Assembly: GCA_051362555.1 (NCBI GenBank)
Contig: CM120641.1
Span: 34,106,401-34,170,400, forward strand
Source of the DNA: Lingula anatina
Lineage: Eukaryota > Animalia > Brachiopoda
Direction: 5' to 3'
DNA: 64,000 bases
The notes below the pieces were generated by a model. That model worked only from the letters and a program-made list of their open reading frames with translations. It searched no databases and was not told where the DNA came from. How positions within the stretch are numbered: position 1 is the stretch's first letter; every line of letters starts with the position of its first letter. Below are positions 28,661 to 42,571 of the stretch, piece by piece. Both the position numbers and the translations under genes were made by a program.

Positions 28661-30591
28661 TTATGATTGTGTTGTGTAACGTCAAGTAGTGAAATCAAGT
28701 GTTGTAGGAAGAAAAGATTTTAAGCTGAGGGTACTAGGAGCTAAGACATGAGGGCGAAGAAGTGGTTTTTATTAATTAAGTACTGTAGCAGGTCAAAGAT
28801 TTTGCCCATTAATGGTGAATAGATTATATGTGAATGAACATCATTCTTACCAATAACAGCTATGGCAAAACGCTTTAACGCTAAAAAACGACCTTCTGGT
28901 CCAACGACCTTCGGTCAAAATATTTCAATTGAGAGTGCCTGTGAATTGTTGGCAGAAATTAAACTTATTTTGGCAGCGGATGTTAGTTATTCATTTAAAC
29001 TTCCTGGTCATTTGTTTTTGTTCATGTCTTATCATTTTATGATGTTGTTTGAGGTGGGGTATATTACAATATTATAACGAATGTTTCAAAGATGTCGAGT
29101 TCTAGATCATTTTTGTGTCATTGAAAGATGTTTTGAAATACACTTAGGCCTACTGGGAAACCCCCTGCTTTTCACTCTTGTTAATCAATTTGGTATGACA
29201 CGCACCAGTATACCTGACAGCCAGTAGGATCTCCAAAGTTTAATATTGTCAATCAATATAGAATAGTCGTAACCTGGAATCTTATCTATTATTCAGTTAC
29301 CTATCCACCTGGCTTAAAACTAATAGGCCTATTGTCTAAAATTGCCATTCACTGGTCGTGAAATAGCTGTTAGCTGTTAAAATTATCTTAGATTGTCGAT
29401 GAATGATCATGTAAAAGGTCGGATTGAATCTATCTCCATTTTAAAATTGTTTTCTAACTTAAAATTGCACAAGTTTGTAAATCAGTGACCTAAACGATAT
29501 GTTTAATAATAGGGCCTAATTCTATTGAAAAGATACGAAAAGAAATTGATTGGTTAACAAATAAAACCCTCGTGATTAATAAACCCGGTCCATTAATAGT
29601 GAAATAATATTATTTAAAGGAAAAGCCACTTTATAAACAGGGTAGGCCCTATCTATAAAAATTATTTTAAAATCACCTCATATTGTAAGATTTCACCGTA
29701 GCTGAGTTACAAATATCCAGAAATGATTCAGATAAGCATAGTGTCATTTCAACTTTTGCCGCATCCCAGTATCCCCCCCCCCCCCACCCACCCACACACA
29801 CACTGCATGTAACTCTCTAATTTTTAATGCTAACCCAAACAAAGTTTTGACTTAGATCAACGTCTTTGCTTTTCAAATAAATTAGTTGGGCATAGCATTT
29901 ACTACAGTATGTCGTTTTTGGATAGGCGAATCAATATTCATTCAGCAACTTAAATAAAAAAAACTCACAGTCGCAGAGGGTTTTTCTGTAATAAAGTTTT
30001 ATTTCCAATAAAGGCATTTTCATTGAGCTGTCGATTCGGCACTATATCGAGACGCGGACGTAGCAAACAAAACAATCATGGCTTGCTGTACAAGCACACC
30101 GAATTTCAACAGTACGTGTCCCATTGTAGTCAAGTCTATTGTACTTTCTACGAGGGACTTTTGTCACGCTGCGGAACTATTTTGACTGCTATTGATCCGG
30201 CGGTGTTTCAAGTGCTATGACGATGAATGCGCAGTAAGTGAACAAGACGTTTGAGCCCCAGCAGTGAGACGATATTCTACAGAGAGAAGAAGTAGGATTC
30301 CAATTCATCTGGTTTTGAGCTGGGGTTCTATGAAAACCGTGAGAATTTTGGGTAAGTTTGTTGGGGGCCTTTATCACATAATTTTACCATCAATTAAATT
30401 ATGGATCCTGGAGGGGTATACCCGTAAATATTGCCAATATTCCATGTATACAGCGTTACCTTGGCATTACCTTCAAGCTCTACCACAGATTGATTTTTCA
30501 CTAAATATTTATATAATGCATATGTCTCTGGTTTATATAGATGACACTTTTCTGCACTGTGCATTAAGCAATAGAGAAAGGTGCACAGAAT

Positions 30592-31250
30592 TAATACGTG
30601 GAAGTGGGTAACCTGTGGAAGTGGGTAATACTCTGGAAGTGGGTAACCTGGCCCGCATTGCTCTGCGTGCTGACCTACGCATGCAAATGGGAGTCTGCCG
30701 TGTTACTAGTAGTGGGTGTGGTCGGGGGAGGGGGGGGGGGCAGAACATTGGCCCTCAAATCCAGCAAGCTGGACTTTGGAGGGGAACCCCTTTGAAACAT
30801 ATTGCGGGTCCTTCAGCACCGACAAATTTAGTGGTGGGGTTGGCTGGCATACAGACCCTTATTTATAGGGCCCCAAAAGTTAACCCTAAGATATAACCAA
30901 AATATGTTGAGCAGAGTTTTAGGGAGCTGGAATGACCATGGTCAGACAATTTAAGTGGTGTGTAGTACCTGACAGACACGCCCATAGAGCCACACCTATA
31001 ATGTATACAACTAGCATGCCCCAAAAATTAACCCTTAGAAATAACTGGAAAATGTTCAGTAGAGTCCCAGGAAGCTAGAATGACCATCAACAGACAATTG
31101 AGTGGTGGGTAATAGTAGGTAGACATAACCAAATGCCACACCCCTAATGTACAGCTATCTGGACTGGTAATGTATTATGTAACTCTTAATAACAGCTGTT
31201 AAGTAGAGTCTCAGGATATAGAATTGACCACTGATGGACAATTGTCCACC
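30592..31250. repeat. Composite repeat: 3x tggaagtgggtaa followed by 2-3 diverged ~150 bp units; probable non-autonomous element
   Basis: tggaagtgggtaa at ~30599, 30616 and 30634. gccccaaaa(g/a)ttaaccct...gaatgaccat...cagacaatt at ~30870 and ~31018, partial at ~31200. Confidence 0.6.
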
Positions 31251-32199
31251 CAACCTGTTACTGAATATTTTGAATAAAATTGCAGTATTGTCCATTTATT
31301 AAGACATTTTTATTTGAGCATGTGTAATTTAACGAATAGACGCATACAGACTGATTCAGAAACAAAATAAAAATCTAACAATATCACTGACCAATGGAAT
31401 TATAAGGAAGAAGCTTTTTTTACTCCTACAATTAGATGAATAATAGGGGGCAGGGAAGGAAAAATGCTAAACATACGAATACAAATTATACTAACTTACT
31501 GTGCTATAGGATAAAGAACTGTGCTATATAGATAAAGAAAAATTATATGTCATTGAGTAATATAGCTATTAATGTAAGTCAAAGGGCAGAGGTAACTTGA
31601 GGTCAAATTTGAGGCAGTTTTAGGAAAAATTAACCAAAAAGTTATTTGATTAAGAGAATGGAAATGAAAAATAATGTTTTGTATAATTTCTTATATCTTG
31701 GTTAAAATGTAAGGGGTATTATGAGAATTTGACAGTTTATTTTACAATATGAGGGACTTTTGGGCCTTGCAAGTGCTGAAGGGGTGTGGCGTTCCATTCA
31801 TAAATAATAGGGGTGGAGGGGGAAAAATCCACACCATTTGAAAGGTTTGCTACATATGCAAATACAATATACAAATCATGCTCATTTATTTTGCTAAAGG
31901 ATTGTTCTAATAGGTTAATTAACAAAAATGATGTGTTATTATGTGTCCATTCTCTTAAATAACTCATTGGTTCATTTTTCTTGAAAATGCTCCAGATTTA
32001 ACCTCAGCTGTCCTTTGACTTTCTTCTCTTGTGTTTCTCAATTATATATATATATATCTATATATATATATATTTTTTTTTTTTGCTATTTTGATCACCC
32101 ACCCTGCATTATTTAATCAAATGTCATTTTTTATTTCTGATCTATTTTCAGTTGACCTTAGAAATAAACAGCACGAACATCACGGAAAATTAGTCAAAC

Positions 32200-33641
32200 A
32201 TGATGACGATGAACAAATGGACATATGCTGTTCCTGCTATTATCATTATAGTTTTTTGTATTTCAATGATTATTTATCATCCAGTTTGTGAGGTGAAAGT
32301 GGATCAGTTATCAAACCTCTGGAGTAATTCTAAAAAAGAAGTGCCGCACAAAAACTTCATGACTACAGAATTTATCAAACGTCTTGGAACCGGAAACATA
32401 GACCCTGTCAATGAAGACCTTTTAGAGTACTTGAGAGGGAAATGGGTTCTCCCTCCTTCCAGTCTATCCTATAATCTTACCAACCCAAAGGCAACTTACT
32501 GGAATCAATTAGGACAATCAAAAGTGGTCGATAATATTCTGAAGCAACGGCGCAAAGGGTTCTTTGTGGAATGTGGAGCATTAAATGGCGAGGCTCATTC
32601 CAATTCCCTCTTCTTTGAGAAATCGCGAGACTGGGAAGGATTACTTGTTGAGCCTAACCCGTGGGCCTTTGAAGCTCTTTTGAGCAAAAACAGGTAAGGA
32701 TATTTTACGACTTGAGTCACTTGACACAAGATAGATATTGTCTTTTTAAGTTATGTATAACAATGATACATGTACTTTGATAATATGTCAGTTGTTCTTG
32801 CTTCTAGTTGAACCAAATTCATTTTTAATCAAATGCACTTTAAATGCAAATTATTATTTTCTCATACATACTTTTTTTCCAATAGTGCTAAAATAAGATA
32901 TCAGTCTGGACAGATTAACAAATGTGATAGAATGTCACAAAGTTTTTTATTAATAATAAATTGTACGATGGAGCTTTAAATTTACGTCATTATGATTTTG
33001 GCATGCAGCTCTCCACACTTTATCTAAATTCTATACTTATCATCAATATGAATGTGTATTCAAAATTTAAAATTATAACATTAACTGATCAATATATACT
33101 TTTGCTGAATTTGAACATATATATCACATGATTCAGAAAATGTTGGTTTATTTACTCTTTTCCTGGATTGTATGCTTATGTCTTATTTTCACTTCTTTCT
33201 AGGAAAAGTTACACTATTAATACATGCTTATCAACTGGCAGCAGTCCTGTAATGGTCGATTTTCAGTTCGCATGGGGGATTGGAGGAATACAAGAATACA
33301 GCCATACAATTCCTAAGGCGGAACGAGGCATAATACAAGGGAAAAGTCGCATACAATGTTTCCCCATTCGCTCTATCCTAGCCGCCATTGGCAGGACGCA
33401 CGTGGACTACTTTACCTTGGATGTGGAGGGTGCCGAAATAGAAATTCTCAAAGGGTTTCCATGGGACCACGTCACCGTGGATGTGTGGACAATAGAATAT
33501 GCAGTTCACGGTGGAGGTCCTGGCACACCAATACGTCTGAAAGAAATCAGAGAGATTTTCAAAAAGACAGAACTGTACAGGGAAGGAACCATTATAGGGG
33601 GGCAAGATGTAGTTTTTGTCAGAAAAGACGTACCACAGTGA
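32200..33641 (+). CDS. FkbM/Methyltransf_21-family SAM-dependent methyltransferase (protein Star-like), predicted type II membrane protein; exons 32200-32693 and 33203-33641 (310 aa)
   Basis: N-terminal hydrophobic anchor AVPAIIIIVFCISMII. Motifs GFFVECGALNGE..SNSLFFE..RDWEGLLVEPNP and HVDYFTLDVEGAEIEIL. In-frame phase-2 GT-AG intron. Confidence 0.92.
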
Positions 33642-36179
33642 AGAAGCAAACATGAATATTTTACAAATGGAGCTGTCCTTAAAGGGATAATGACTGTTCT
33701 TTTTGGCCAAAAAATGAATTTTCCCGGAGTAAACAACAATTTCCCTATTCTTACCCATGGTTAACGAATCTATTTTTACATTCAAAGTTAGTCCCTGGTT
33801 TTTTTCTAAAAAGTTTGGTTTTATGTTATAATCTCTTAAGAGATTATTACAGAGTATAGCCATGTATGGAGGTTACGTAGCCTGATGACAAGCTCAGATA
33901 TCAGAATAATAGCTATAACTGCTGTTTTTGTGGTAAAACAGAATATATTATATTTCTATGGGTTGTTTACAATGTTTTTATTGTGAAATATAGATCTCAT
34001 ATGAAGAGTTATTATCCCTTTAAGTTTTTATGTGATACAATACGAATGACATACAGTGTTTCTCAGAAAGGACGTATGTACCAAAATTTAAAAAAGAAGA
34101 AATGAGTACAAACAAGACTACACTTTTTTCACCTGATTCAATAGGAATGATACCTTTTCATGTTTGTCAATTGAACAAATGTTTAGCAATCATGAGCATT
34201 TTCCAAAGAGAACTACACTTGTATGGTATTAACTGACCCCATAAACTGGGTAGTATATGTATCATGAATTCAGTGTTCATTGGTCACATAAATGGGATTG
34301 CATGAATAGGATAGAATATTTCACCAAAATAGTAAAAATTGATCAAATGTTTTCATAGTCAAATTCTTTAGTCAAATCCTTTTTTAAATCGATTAAGTCA
34401 ATAACAATCGATTAAGTCAAAATGTCAGCTAATATTGGAGACGCTTTTAAAAAAGATAAATATTACCACTGGTACGAGGCTGTCTTGTAATATGGAATTT
34501 TTTAATATGGTAAAAGAAACAACTTCCTAATTATTCCACCCAAGTAGAATTGATGAGTGATTTTGAATGGAATAAATATGTAATTGAGTGATGTTTTATT
34601 TTATTATGCAAAAACAGAAAACCATGGTGAAATGAAAAACAATAATTCTAGTCATTGTAAAACTTTAAGTGTGACTTTAGTGAGACAAACATATAGAGAA
34701 ATTATCTTGGACATTATTAATATGATGTACAGGTAACATAGAGGATATGCATAAATCAGTAAAAATCTTAAGAAGTGGAGGATGTAGGTATCTGTAATAC
34801 GTTTTGTGTGAGTTTTATATTTGTATATTTTGGTTATGTCTGAAGTCCAATAAATTTTTTTTAAAAAATACACCAAAAGCATTAGTAAACATACCCTGGC
34901 ATACTGAATAAATAATTTAATTAATTATGATGCCATACATTTTGCTAGATGGAGTTGATGGGTAGCATTGGCTTATTGTAAAGAGGATCTCCCCCTCATG
35001 ACACGGGAGCATAATAACCGAAAAAGAACTTAAAAATAACAGGATAAGATATATACCTTCATACATGACTATTTAAAGGTATCAATGAAAAAATCTTAAT
35101 ATATACCCCAAAATGCACTAAAGTTCTGAGGAACCCATACATATTTCACCAACGTTTCAACTTTTTCACTCAAAATGGTCTGATGATAACAGACGCCCCC
35201 TCCCTCCAGGTACACTTAAATTGTATATATTTCACCAGTAGGTTGTCTTCAGGCCTAGGTTAGCATAATTCAGAGTTCACGTTGCCACTGCCTTGGAAAT
35301 CTAGCCCAATAAAAAAAAGATGAAAATGTTAGAGTTAAATGTTTATTATTCGTACACGTGCATCTTTACAAGAAAAATACAGAAATTACTCTATCATGCT
35401 AGTCAGAAAGAAAGCTAAACTATCCATTTTTTCTTTATGTTCTTAAAAGGAATTACACAATTTACATTATTATAATATTGTAAGGCGCATAACCTTATAA
35501 AACGCGAGTAAGGCTGTTCTGTAAGGAGTTGGGTGCAACCTAGTGCTTCTACCTAGCAGAATATTTTGTCATTACAGGTGTAGAAAACGAAATTAAACCA
35601 TCTCCATATATATATATATAGGATTAACGTCGCCTGCAAAATATTGTTTTCACAAAATAATAATAATAATAATGACAATAATAATAATAATAATAAAGAA
35701 ATGATAATTGTTATTGCGGTCTCATCTTCAATTTCGGTTTCTCAAATTTAATCTTTACCTGAACACCCACAAACACCGTTTCAACAACAATTTAATGACA
35801 CCATTTAGAACGTTAAGACCCTCCCAGCGATTTTTCTTCAAAGCCTTTCAAATTCAGAAATAATGCTTTTGTTCAATGGGTCATTGTAAGTTAGGGGTCA
35901 TAACTCCATGACAGAACGTTTAAACTAAAATGATGGCACGGGACTGAAACCCATACACTCGTTGTCACCTTAGGCAATTTTTCATGATAAAATCTTATGC
36001 GGGAATGAAGTTACGCCCCAAACCGTTCGACATCTCACCTCAAAAAATGGAAATATGTCAAATTGACGTTAAACGCTCCGGGGTTAGCAACGATAAATAA
36101 GAACGCTGATATTTTATATTTTCGAGGCGATTTTTGTTTGTTTGTTTGTTTTTAATCAGTAAAATGGTAGATGCATTAT

Positions 36180-36455
36180 CAATGGCGGATTTAGGGGTGT
36201 CAGGGGGTCGTGACCACCCCTACGATTTCTGAAAAAAATCACACCAATGGTCCCCTCTTGAAATCAGAATTTTGACTAGCTGAATCATAATTCTAAACCG
36301 TACCAAATGGCACCGTTCGCCCTCTAAAATAACAAAAATTTTCGGGGCCTTTCAGAAGACCCCAAACCCCACGCCAAGGTTGGAGGGGGGGGGGGGAGGG
36401 GGGCTTTGCATTCGTGGACCCCCCCCCCCTTCAAATAATACTGGATCCGCCCCTG
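36180..36455. mobile_element. MITE with CA(G/A)(G/T)GGCGGAT termini
   Basis: caatggcggattt ... ggatccgcccctg, flanked by cattat on both sides. Same terminal type as 4854-5020; decayed relative at ~21250-21321. Confidence 0.75.
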
Positions 36456-39400
36456 CATTATTGAATAATTAGATGACCGAAAAAACCCACTTTTGTCATT
36501 TTAATGATAATAACAAATAGTGTTTTTATTCCATATATACCATAACATGACTTAGGGTTAATTAAGAAAAGCCAAAACATCGGGGAAGATATCCTTATTT
36601 CATACCATTTGTTCAAATTAAGAACATCCATATCCTCAAATGTAATTTTCCACATTGATTTCCATAGAGGTAAAGACGGTGACTGCAATTATATGAGGTA
36701 AATTTGCGCACCCTTATTAATCATCTAATTTTTGTGCAGTAAACTGGGCTTGCTCCATTTCATTTCCAATTAACCTTTTTCATCTTTTGCGGAAATACGA
36801 AGTGCGCATGACAGGAACCGCGCGCCACAGGGGTCATGGTGGTCCTCTGCTGTTTCCAGCATGGCAATGCTAGGTGTAGATGATGTACAAAGTGCGCATA
36901 TAAAAAGGTCGTATGAAGTGTGCATTGCTTTCTGTCAAACTAAAAAGGTGGCTGAAGCACAGAAATGCGTAAACTCTAGGCAAGATACAGCTATTTGGAC
37001 GGAGAATCAAGCAATTAAATGTTTTCTTTCTCAGTTTAAATACGATGCGCTGTATTACTAGACTTCACCTAAGCGTCCGAGCCTTGGCTGCACTGTCAAT
37101 ATTGATGACGAACTAAAGCTTCAGAGTTCTTTTAAATGCTTCGGATAATAAAGATATGCGAAAGAGACTCGTTATTTTTTCATATATAAAATCAAAATAA
37201 CCAGTAGACTCGTACACAGCTTTCAAGAGTGTGGACAGGTGCGTAGGCCTACGTCTTCACAATATTACATGTAGGCCTGCATATCCAAGCTGTGGCGATA
37301 TCACCTCATTTACCGGCAGTGTCAATTCTTTACGATTTTTATGTCTTGTTTGAAGGATGTCTTAAGAGATTTTTGAAGTGATAAAATGAAAAGATTCCCT
37401 GCATTGTTTGACTCGTACCTACTGAGTATACAGGTAAAACTGATACGCAGATCGTTAGTCGGCGAACTGATTAAATCGTTTGGTACCTGATAAGGCATCA
37501 GGTGTTACTTGTTCAATTGTTCGGTAAGGGGGGCGGCCACAACTACGACCTTTCCTCTGTAATTAAAACCTTCTAATTTTAAGTGTTAAATAGATGAGAC
37601 AGGAATTCTCGACTCTTTCCCAGAAGATAATTAAAGTTTACCGTGTCTTACTCTAGTATGTGTACAAAATTTACGACAGGTAAAAAATGTGAGACTTTCG
37701 GTCTGACAAGTATGAAAATTTTGTCACACTGAAACAAGACCGTCAGGCAAAAACAAAATTATAGCAAGAGGCCAAATTATTTGATTTTTAAATGTTTTCA
37801 TGCGTATTTTCATCGTTTTCAATAAAAGACAATAAAATCATTCAAATAAAGTGTTTTCCACACATGTCATACTTTTCAACTATCTAAGACAGTTAAATAT
37901 ACGTAGACCTACTTTAATACTTAGCATATTTGTATTACTTTACAACGTTTACCTACGTTGTTAGATGATTTTTATTATCCATTTTGTCTTTACCATACAT
38001 GTATTATGTACCCTGTACGTGTAGCTTACAGAAAGGCTTTTCTCCTTTTTTTTTTTTTTTTTTTTTTTTTGGTAAATACATGCCCATTGAATTTTCCAAT
38101 TCTCTTGTCATTGAGTTCAGAAATAAATGACTTTTTATTTTGCCGATAACGCGTTCAACAAGAGCCGATGTACTTTCTTCTTCGTATGTCTCTGTTGATC
38201 TTGATAATATGAGCCCCGTTTGTACAAATCAGTAATACGTATGCGGGACTGGATACATAATAATAAAAAACTTTTTAACGTCTCACGTTAAAAAAAAAAT
38301 AGAACCCACCCTACTAAGGGTTATGAGAGACTAAAACCTGTGATAGGCCTACAACATTTAAAATGATCACTTATCAATAAAACACACACAAAAAGGATAT
38401 TACCTGTACATACAAAACTTTTCAAACCTTCTCTTTGTTGCTACACAAAAAGTCGGGAAAGTTCTTGAATTTTTTGTAATTAGAATCCCCGTGTAAAACT
38501 TCACACCTTTTACTTTCTTTTTCCATAATCTCATGCTTAAAGTCTTTTCTTTCTTTTTAGGCCCCTATTCTTCAATTTTTTCTTCAGAACTTTATAATGT
38601 TTTTTTTCCCTCGCATTGTTTACCCCCGAGTTCTATTTGCCGATAGTTCGTTATATCCGTTGATTAACTAAGCATTTCTGTTTTTTATTGAATCACCGTT
38701 AATCTCCTAATATTATAGTTTTTCTTCCCGCCTTCGAAATGTTCAGCGCAAACGCGGTGCCCTGCTTTTATATTTTCCTTTCTTTCTACCATATTTTTCA
38801 TTCTTACGGGTTTGTTGGGAACTAATTAAACCTCATGTGTCGATATCGCTTACTGTTATTGTAGCAGCGGGACAAAAAGCACGTAAACTCAGCCATGGTT
38901 TTTAGCACCGCTGTAAGTGTTTCGACATAGCAGGGCTCCCCTACCCACAATGCAATTTCCATTTCCGGAAAAGATGAAAAAGGCTAATAGGTATGTTTCG
39001 GAAATCAAATTTGTCACATGCAATACAAGGAATTCGTCAACACTTATTTTCTAGTATGTTAAAAATCTCTGCCACACCTGCATCTAAATGGTCATGAGAT
39101 CATGTTTTAATTATATTGCCCATTTGCTGAAATCATTTGTGTATATTTTTGATAAAGTTCGGAGAATTCTGTTTATTACATTTGATAACTATTCAACAGG
39201 TGCGTATGCAAACATGGACACGTTCAATTTCCTGTTAAAACTAACTGGTCATGATAAAGTGTCCTACATTTCCTGATATTACAGATTTCCAGACATATTA
39301 TACACTGTCTGGGGATCAAAACTCAAACAAATCGACCCCCCCCTATTTGTACTGGGTTTGTCCTTTAGACTACCATTTCATTTCCAATAGGTATGTTTCA

Positions 39401-39870
39401 GAAAAACACATTTGTCACAAGCAATACAAGGAATTCGTCATCATATATTTTCTAGTAATAGAATGCTAAAAATCTCTGCCACACCTGCATATGAATGGTC
39501 GAGAGAACATGTTTTATCTCGTTCATTTGCTGATATCGTATGTGTATATTTTTGATTAAGTTCGTTGAATTGTTTATTACATTTGATAACTATTCAGCAG
39601 GTGTGTATAGAGACATGAACACGTTCAATTTCCTGTTAACACTTACTGATCATGATAAAGTGTCCTACATTCCCTGACAGATTTCCAGACATATTATATT
39701 ATGTCTGTGGATTAAAGATAAAAAACGATCCTTTTGATTGAGATTATTTAAGTGATGATACTTGTTTTATGGATAATTTTTGAAGTGTTATACAATTTAA
39801 CCAAAGTTTTACATAACATTAACTTTTGAATGCTGGATCTATCTTAGTATGAATTTCAGTTTGAAATAAT

Positions 39871-41643
39871 TATTAGTACCACCAGCGTATACGCTGGCGG
39901 TACTCATGGTTTTAGTCCCGACCCGTCTCGTACAGCTCCGCCGGCTCCTGCGGCTCCGCCGGCTCATGCGGCTCCGCAGTCGGGCGCCGGAAACAAGTCA
40001 CCGTTACCGCTTCTCCTCCTAGACCGCCAGGACCTGTGTCCCCATCTCTTGGATTTAGGTCACATATAATCTCAACTTGAACACCCTGGTTTTTTTTGTC
40101 TCTGTCGGTAGATTGGCCTGGGCGTGACACTTGTTGAAACGCACCCTTGTCAAAATTTTTGAAAATTCAAGGCTAAATATCTCCCAATCCAAAGGAGTTA
40201 TGGGAAAAATTACTACAGAAGTCTGACCGAAAGGCATATGTGGAGATTCCAATTATGCCATTGGATTTGACTTTTGACCTTTTTTTCAAGGTCAAACAAG
40301 CCAAAATTTTCTAAAAATGGGAATTTTCTGCCAAAAAATATTTGTTTGTGCTATTTTTTTGAAACTACACCGATCTAAGCTCTCCTGTTATAGTGAGAGG
40401 TTACAATTGGGGACTCCTTTCATCTTTGGGAGTTATGGGTCAATCGGTGCAATTTCACGGGAGAAGCAGCCATTAGATACCGAAACTGAAAACTTGCTTT
40501 TTTTCTGGAATGGTAAATGCCAGAGACCTTTTGTTCATCGCATTTTGTAGAACTTGTCAAGTGCAATACTGGGGATGATGTCCATTTTTTTGTTTTCGAT
40601 ATGGTTTAGGCATTGCGCTATATCAAAAATTACAACATTGCAATATTCAGTGGGGAAAATGTTAAATATTCCAAAATTAGCAGAGATATGCCCATAGTTA
40701 CTATTGAACTTCAATAGGAAGTCATATACTGGTAATCTAACTGTGACCTTGAAATTGACCTTTGACCTACTTTTCACCATGAACTGAACTTTGCAAATTT
40801 CCCAGCCCTTATATCTCCAAAACTGGCAGAGATACACCCATAGTTACTGTTAAACTTGAATAGGAAGTCATATACTGGCATTCTTATTGTGACCTTGAAA
40901 TTGACCTTTGACCTACTTTTCAACACGAACTGAACTTTGCAAATTTTCTATCCCTTATATCTCGAAAACTGGCAGAGATAGGTCCAAAGTTACTATTGAA
41001 CTTGAATAGGAAGTCATATACTGGCAATCTTACTGTGACCTTGAAATTGACCTTTGACCTACTATTTATGATGAACTGCACTTTGCATGTTTCCTGGCCT
41101 TCATATCTCCAACATTGGCAAAGAAATGCCCATAGCTACTATTGAACTTATACAGGAAGTCATATGCTGTGACCTTGAAATTGACCTTTGACCTACTTTT
41201 TTTACCACAAACTGAACTCTGCATATTTTCTTGCCCTTCATATCTTCAAAACTAGCAGAGATCTGCCCAGTGTTGTCCCTAGGTTTTCTCTTTTGTCAGC
41301 ATACCGGTATATGCAATACTGATAATGCATTTCAAGGAAAACCAATAGGCCTATTGTCTTGAAAATCACAGGAGTGATCAGTGTTAGGAAAATACAGGTC
41401 AATTTGAACATCTCCTTGATTGGACCATTTTAACTGTTATGTTTTTTCGATTTTTTTTTTCTTGTTGCATATTTTGAGAACTCTTGTTTATTGCATTTTA
41501 TAGAGCTTGTCAAACACAAGACTGGTGGTGGTGTTCAATTTTTTTTTTTTTTTTTTTTGGGGGGGGGGGGTCCATACGAATGCGCTTACTCCAGCTGGTG
41601 GTACAATATCCAGAGGCGGTATCGCCTCTCTGATCCTCTAGTT
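39871..41643 (+). mobile_element. Non-autonomous Helentron-associated element (HINE; DINE-1/pearl-type architecture) with an internal ~146 bp tandem array
   Basis: 5' subterminal repeat plus hairpin (taccaccagc-gtatac-gctggcggta), short cggctc repeats, ~4 units containing gtgaccttgaaattgacctttgacct (40680-41270), 3' subterminal gctggtggta, stem-loop agaggcggtatcgcctct and a ctagttt end. Absent from the paralogous site at ~27030. Confidence 0.9.
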
Positions 41644-41785
41644 TTAAAAATATTTTTTCTTTTGAATTAAGAGAACAAAATATGCTTTGTTTTTGTTGCT
41701 TTCAATGTATTAAATAAAGGTATTCATTTTTTAACCTTTTTTTTTCAAATAAAATTTTTTGCCCCAAATTTAGAAATAATACAAT

Positions 41786-41909
<124 letters not shown>

Positions 41910-42571
41910 AACTACCACAGTGAAAAAAGTAACCTATGAAGATATTTTTAGCATTCTTATTTCATTTAAGTAAGGATTTAAGATTGAAAATATATTATTA
42001 ATTTATCCATTCACTGTTATTATTTTTCTACTAGATTATTTAAGATAAAATTATTCACCTGCTATATTGAATGAAATAAGACTGGACTGAGCCTTATAAT
42101 TCACGTTTCAAAATATTTTAAAAATCGTAAATTGTTATTTAATTATTAACTATTTTAGACTTATTTAAAAACTATATTAAGTGGGAACTTCCAAAATCCA
42201 ACTGGCACTGGTTCATAACAAACATGTGATGCTGAGTCAGTTGCCAGGTTTTTATTCTAAGTGGGCGGTAAAAATAGCCCCCCCCCCCCTCCCCAGATTG
42301 ACGCATAAGTTGTAATCCACCAGTACGCGTTGTTTTTGTTGACATCGCTCTCTCACAAGGCGGAACTTAATGATCTGAGTCACGCAAAGATCTGGAATTT
42401 GACCTACATACGTCACTTTGTCCATTACTTTGTGTAAGACGTCAGTGGTCATATGTGGGTCAGTTACAAAAATAGCTCAGCTGAGAGATTAGGAATTTCC
42501 AAATTTGCTATGCGAATAAAACACCAGGTAACAAACTAGATGCGTCATATTGGAAAATCTACTAGAATACG

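Noticed and set aside
30598-30650. Short direct repeats resembling a CRISPR array
   Set aside because: Spacers are only 4-5 nt, the context is eukaryotic and there are no cas genes.
33356-33863. Overlapping ORFs over methyltransferase exon 2
   Set aside because: Alternative-frame and antisense shadows.
33880-35260. ctgatga/ctgagga hammerhead-like cores
   Set aside because: No properly placed GAAA or pairing stems found.
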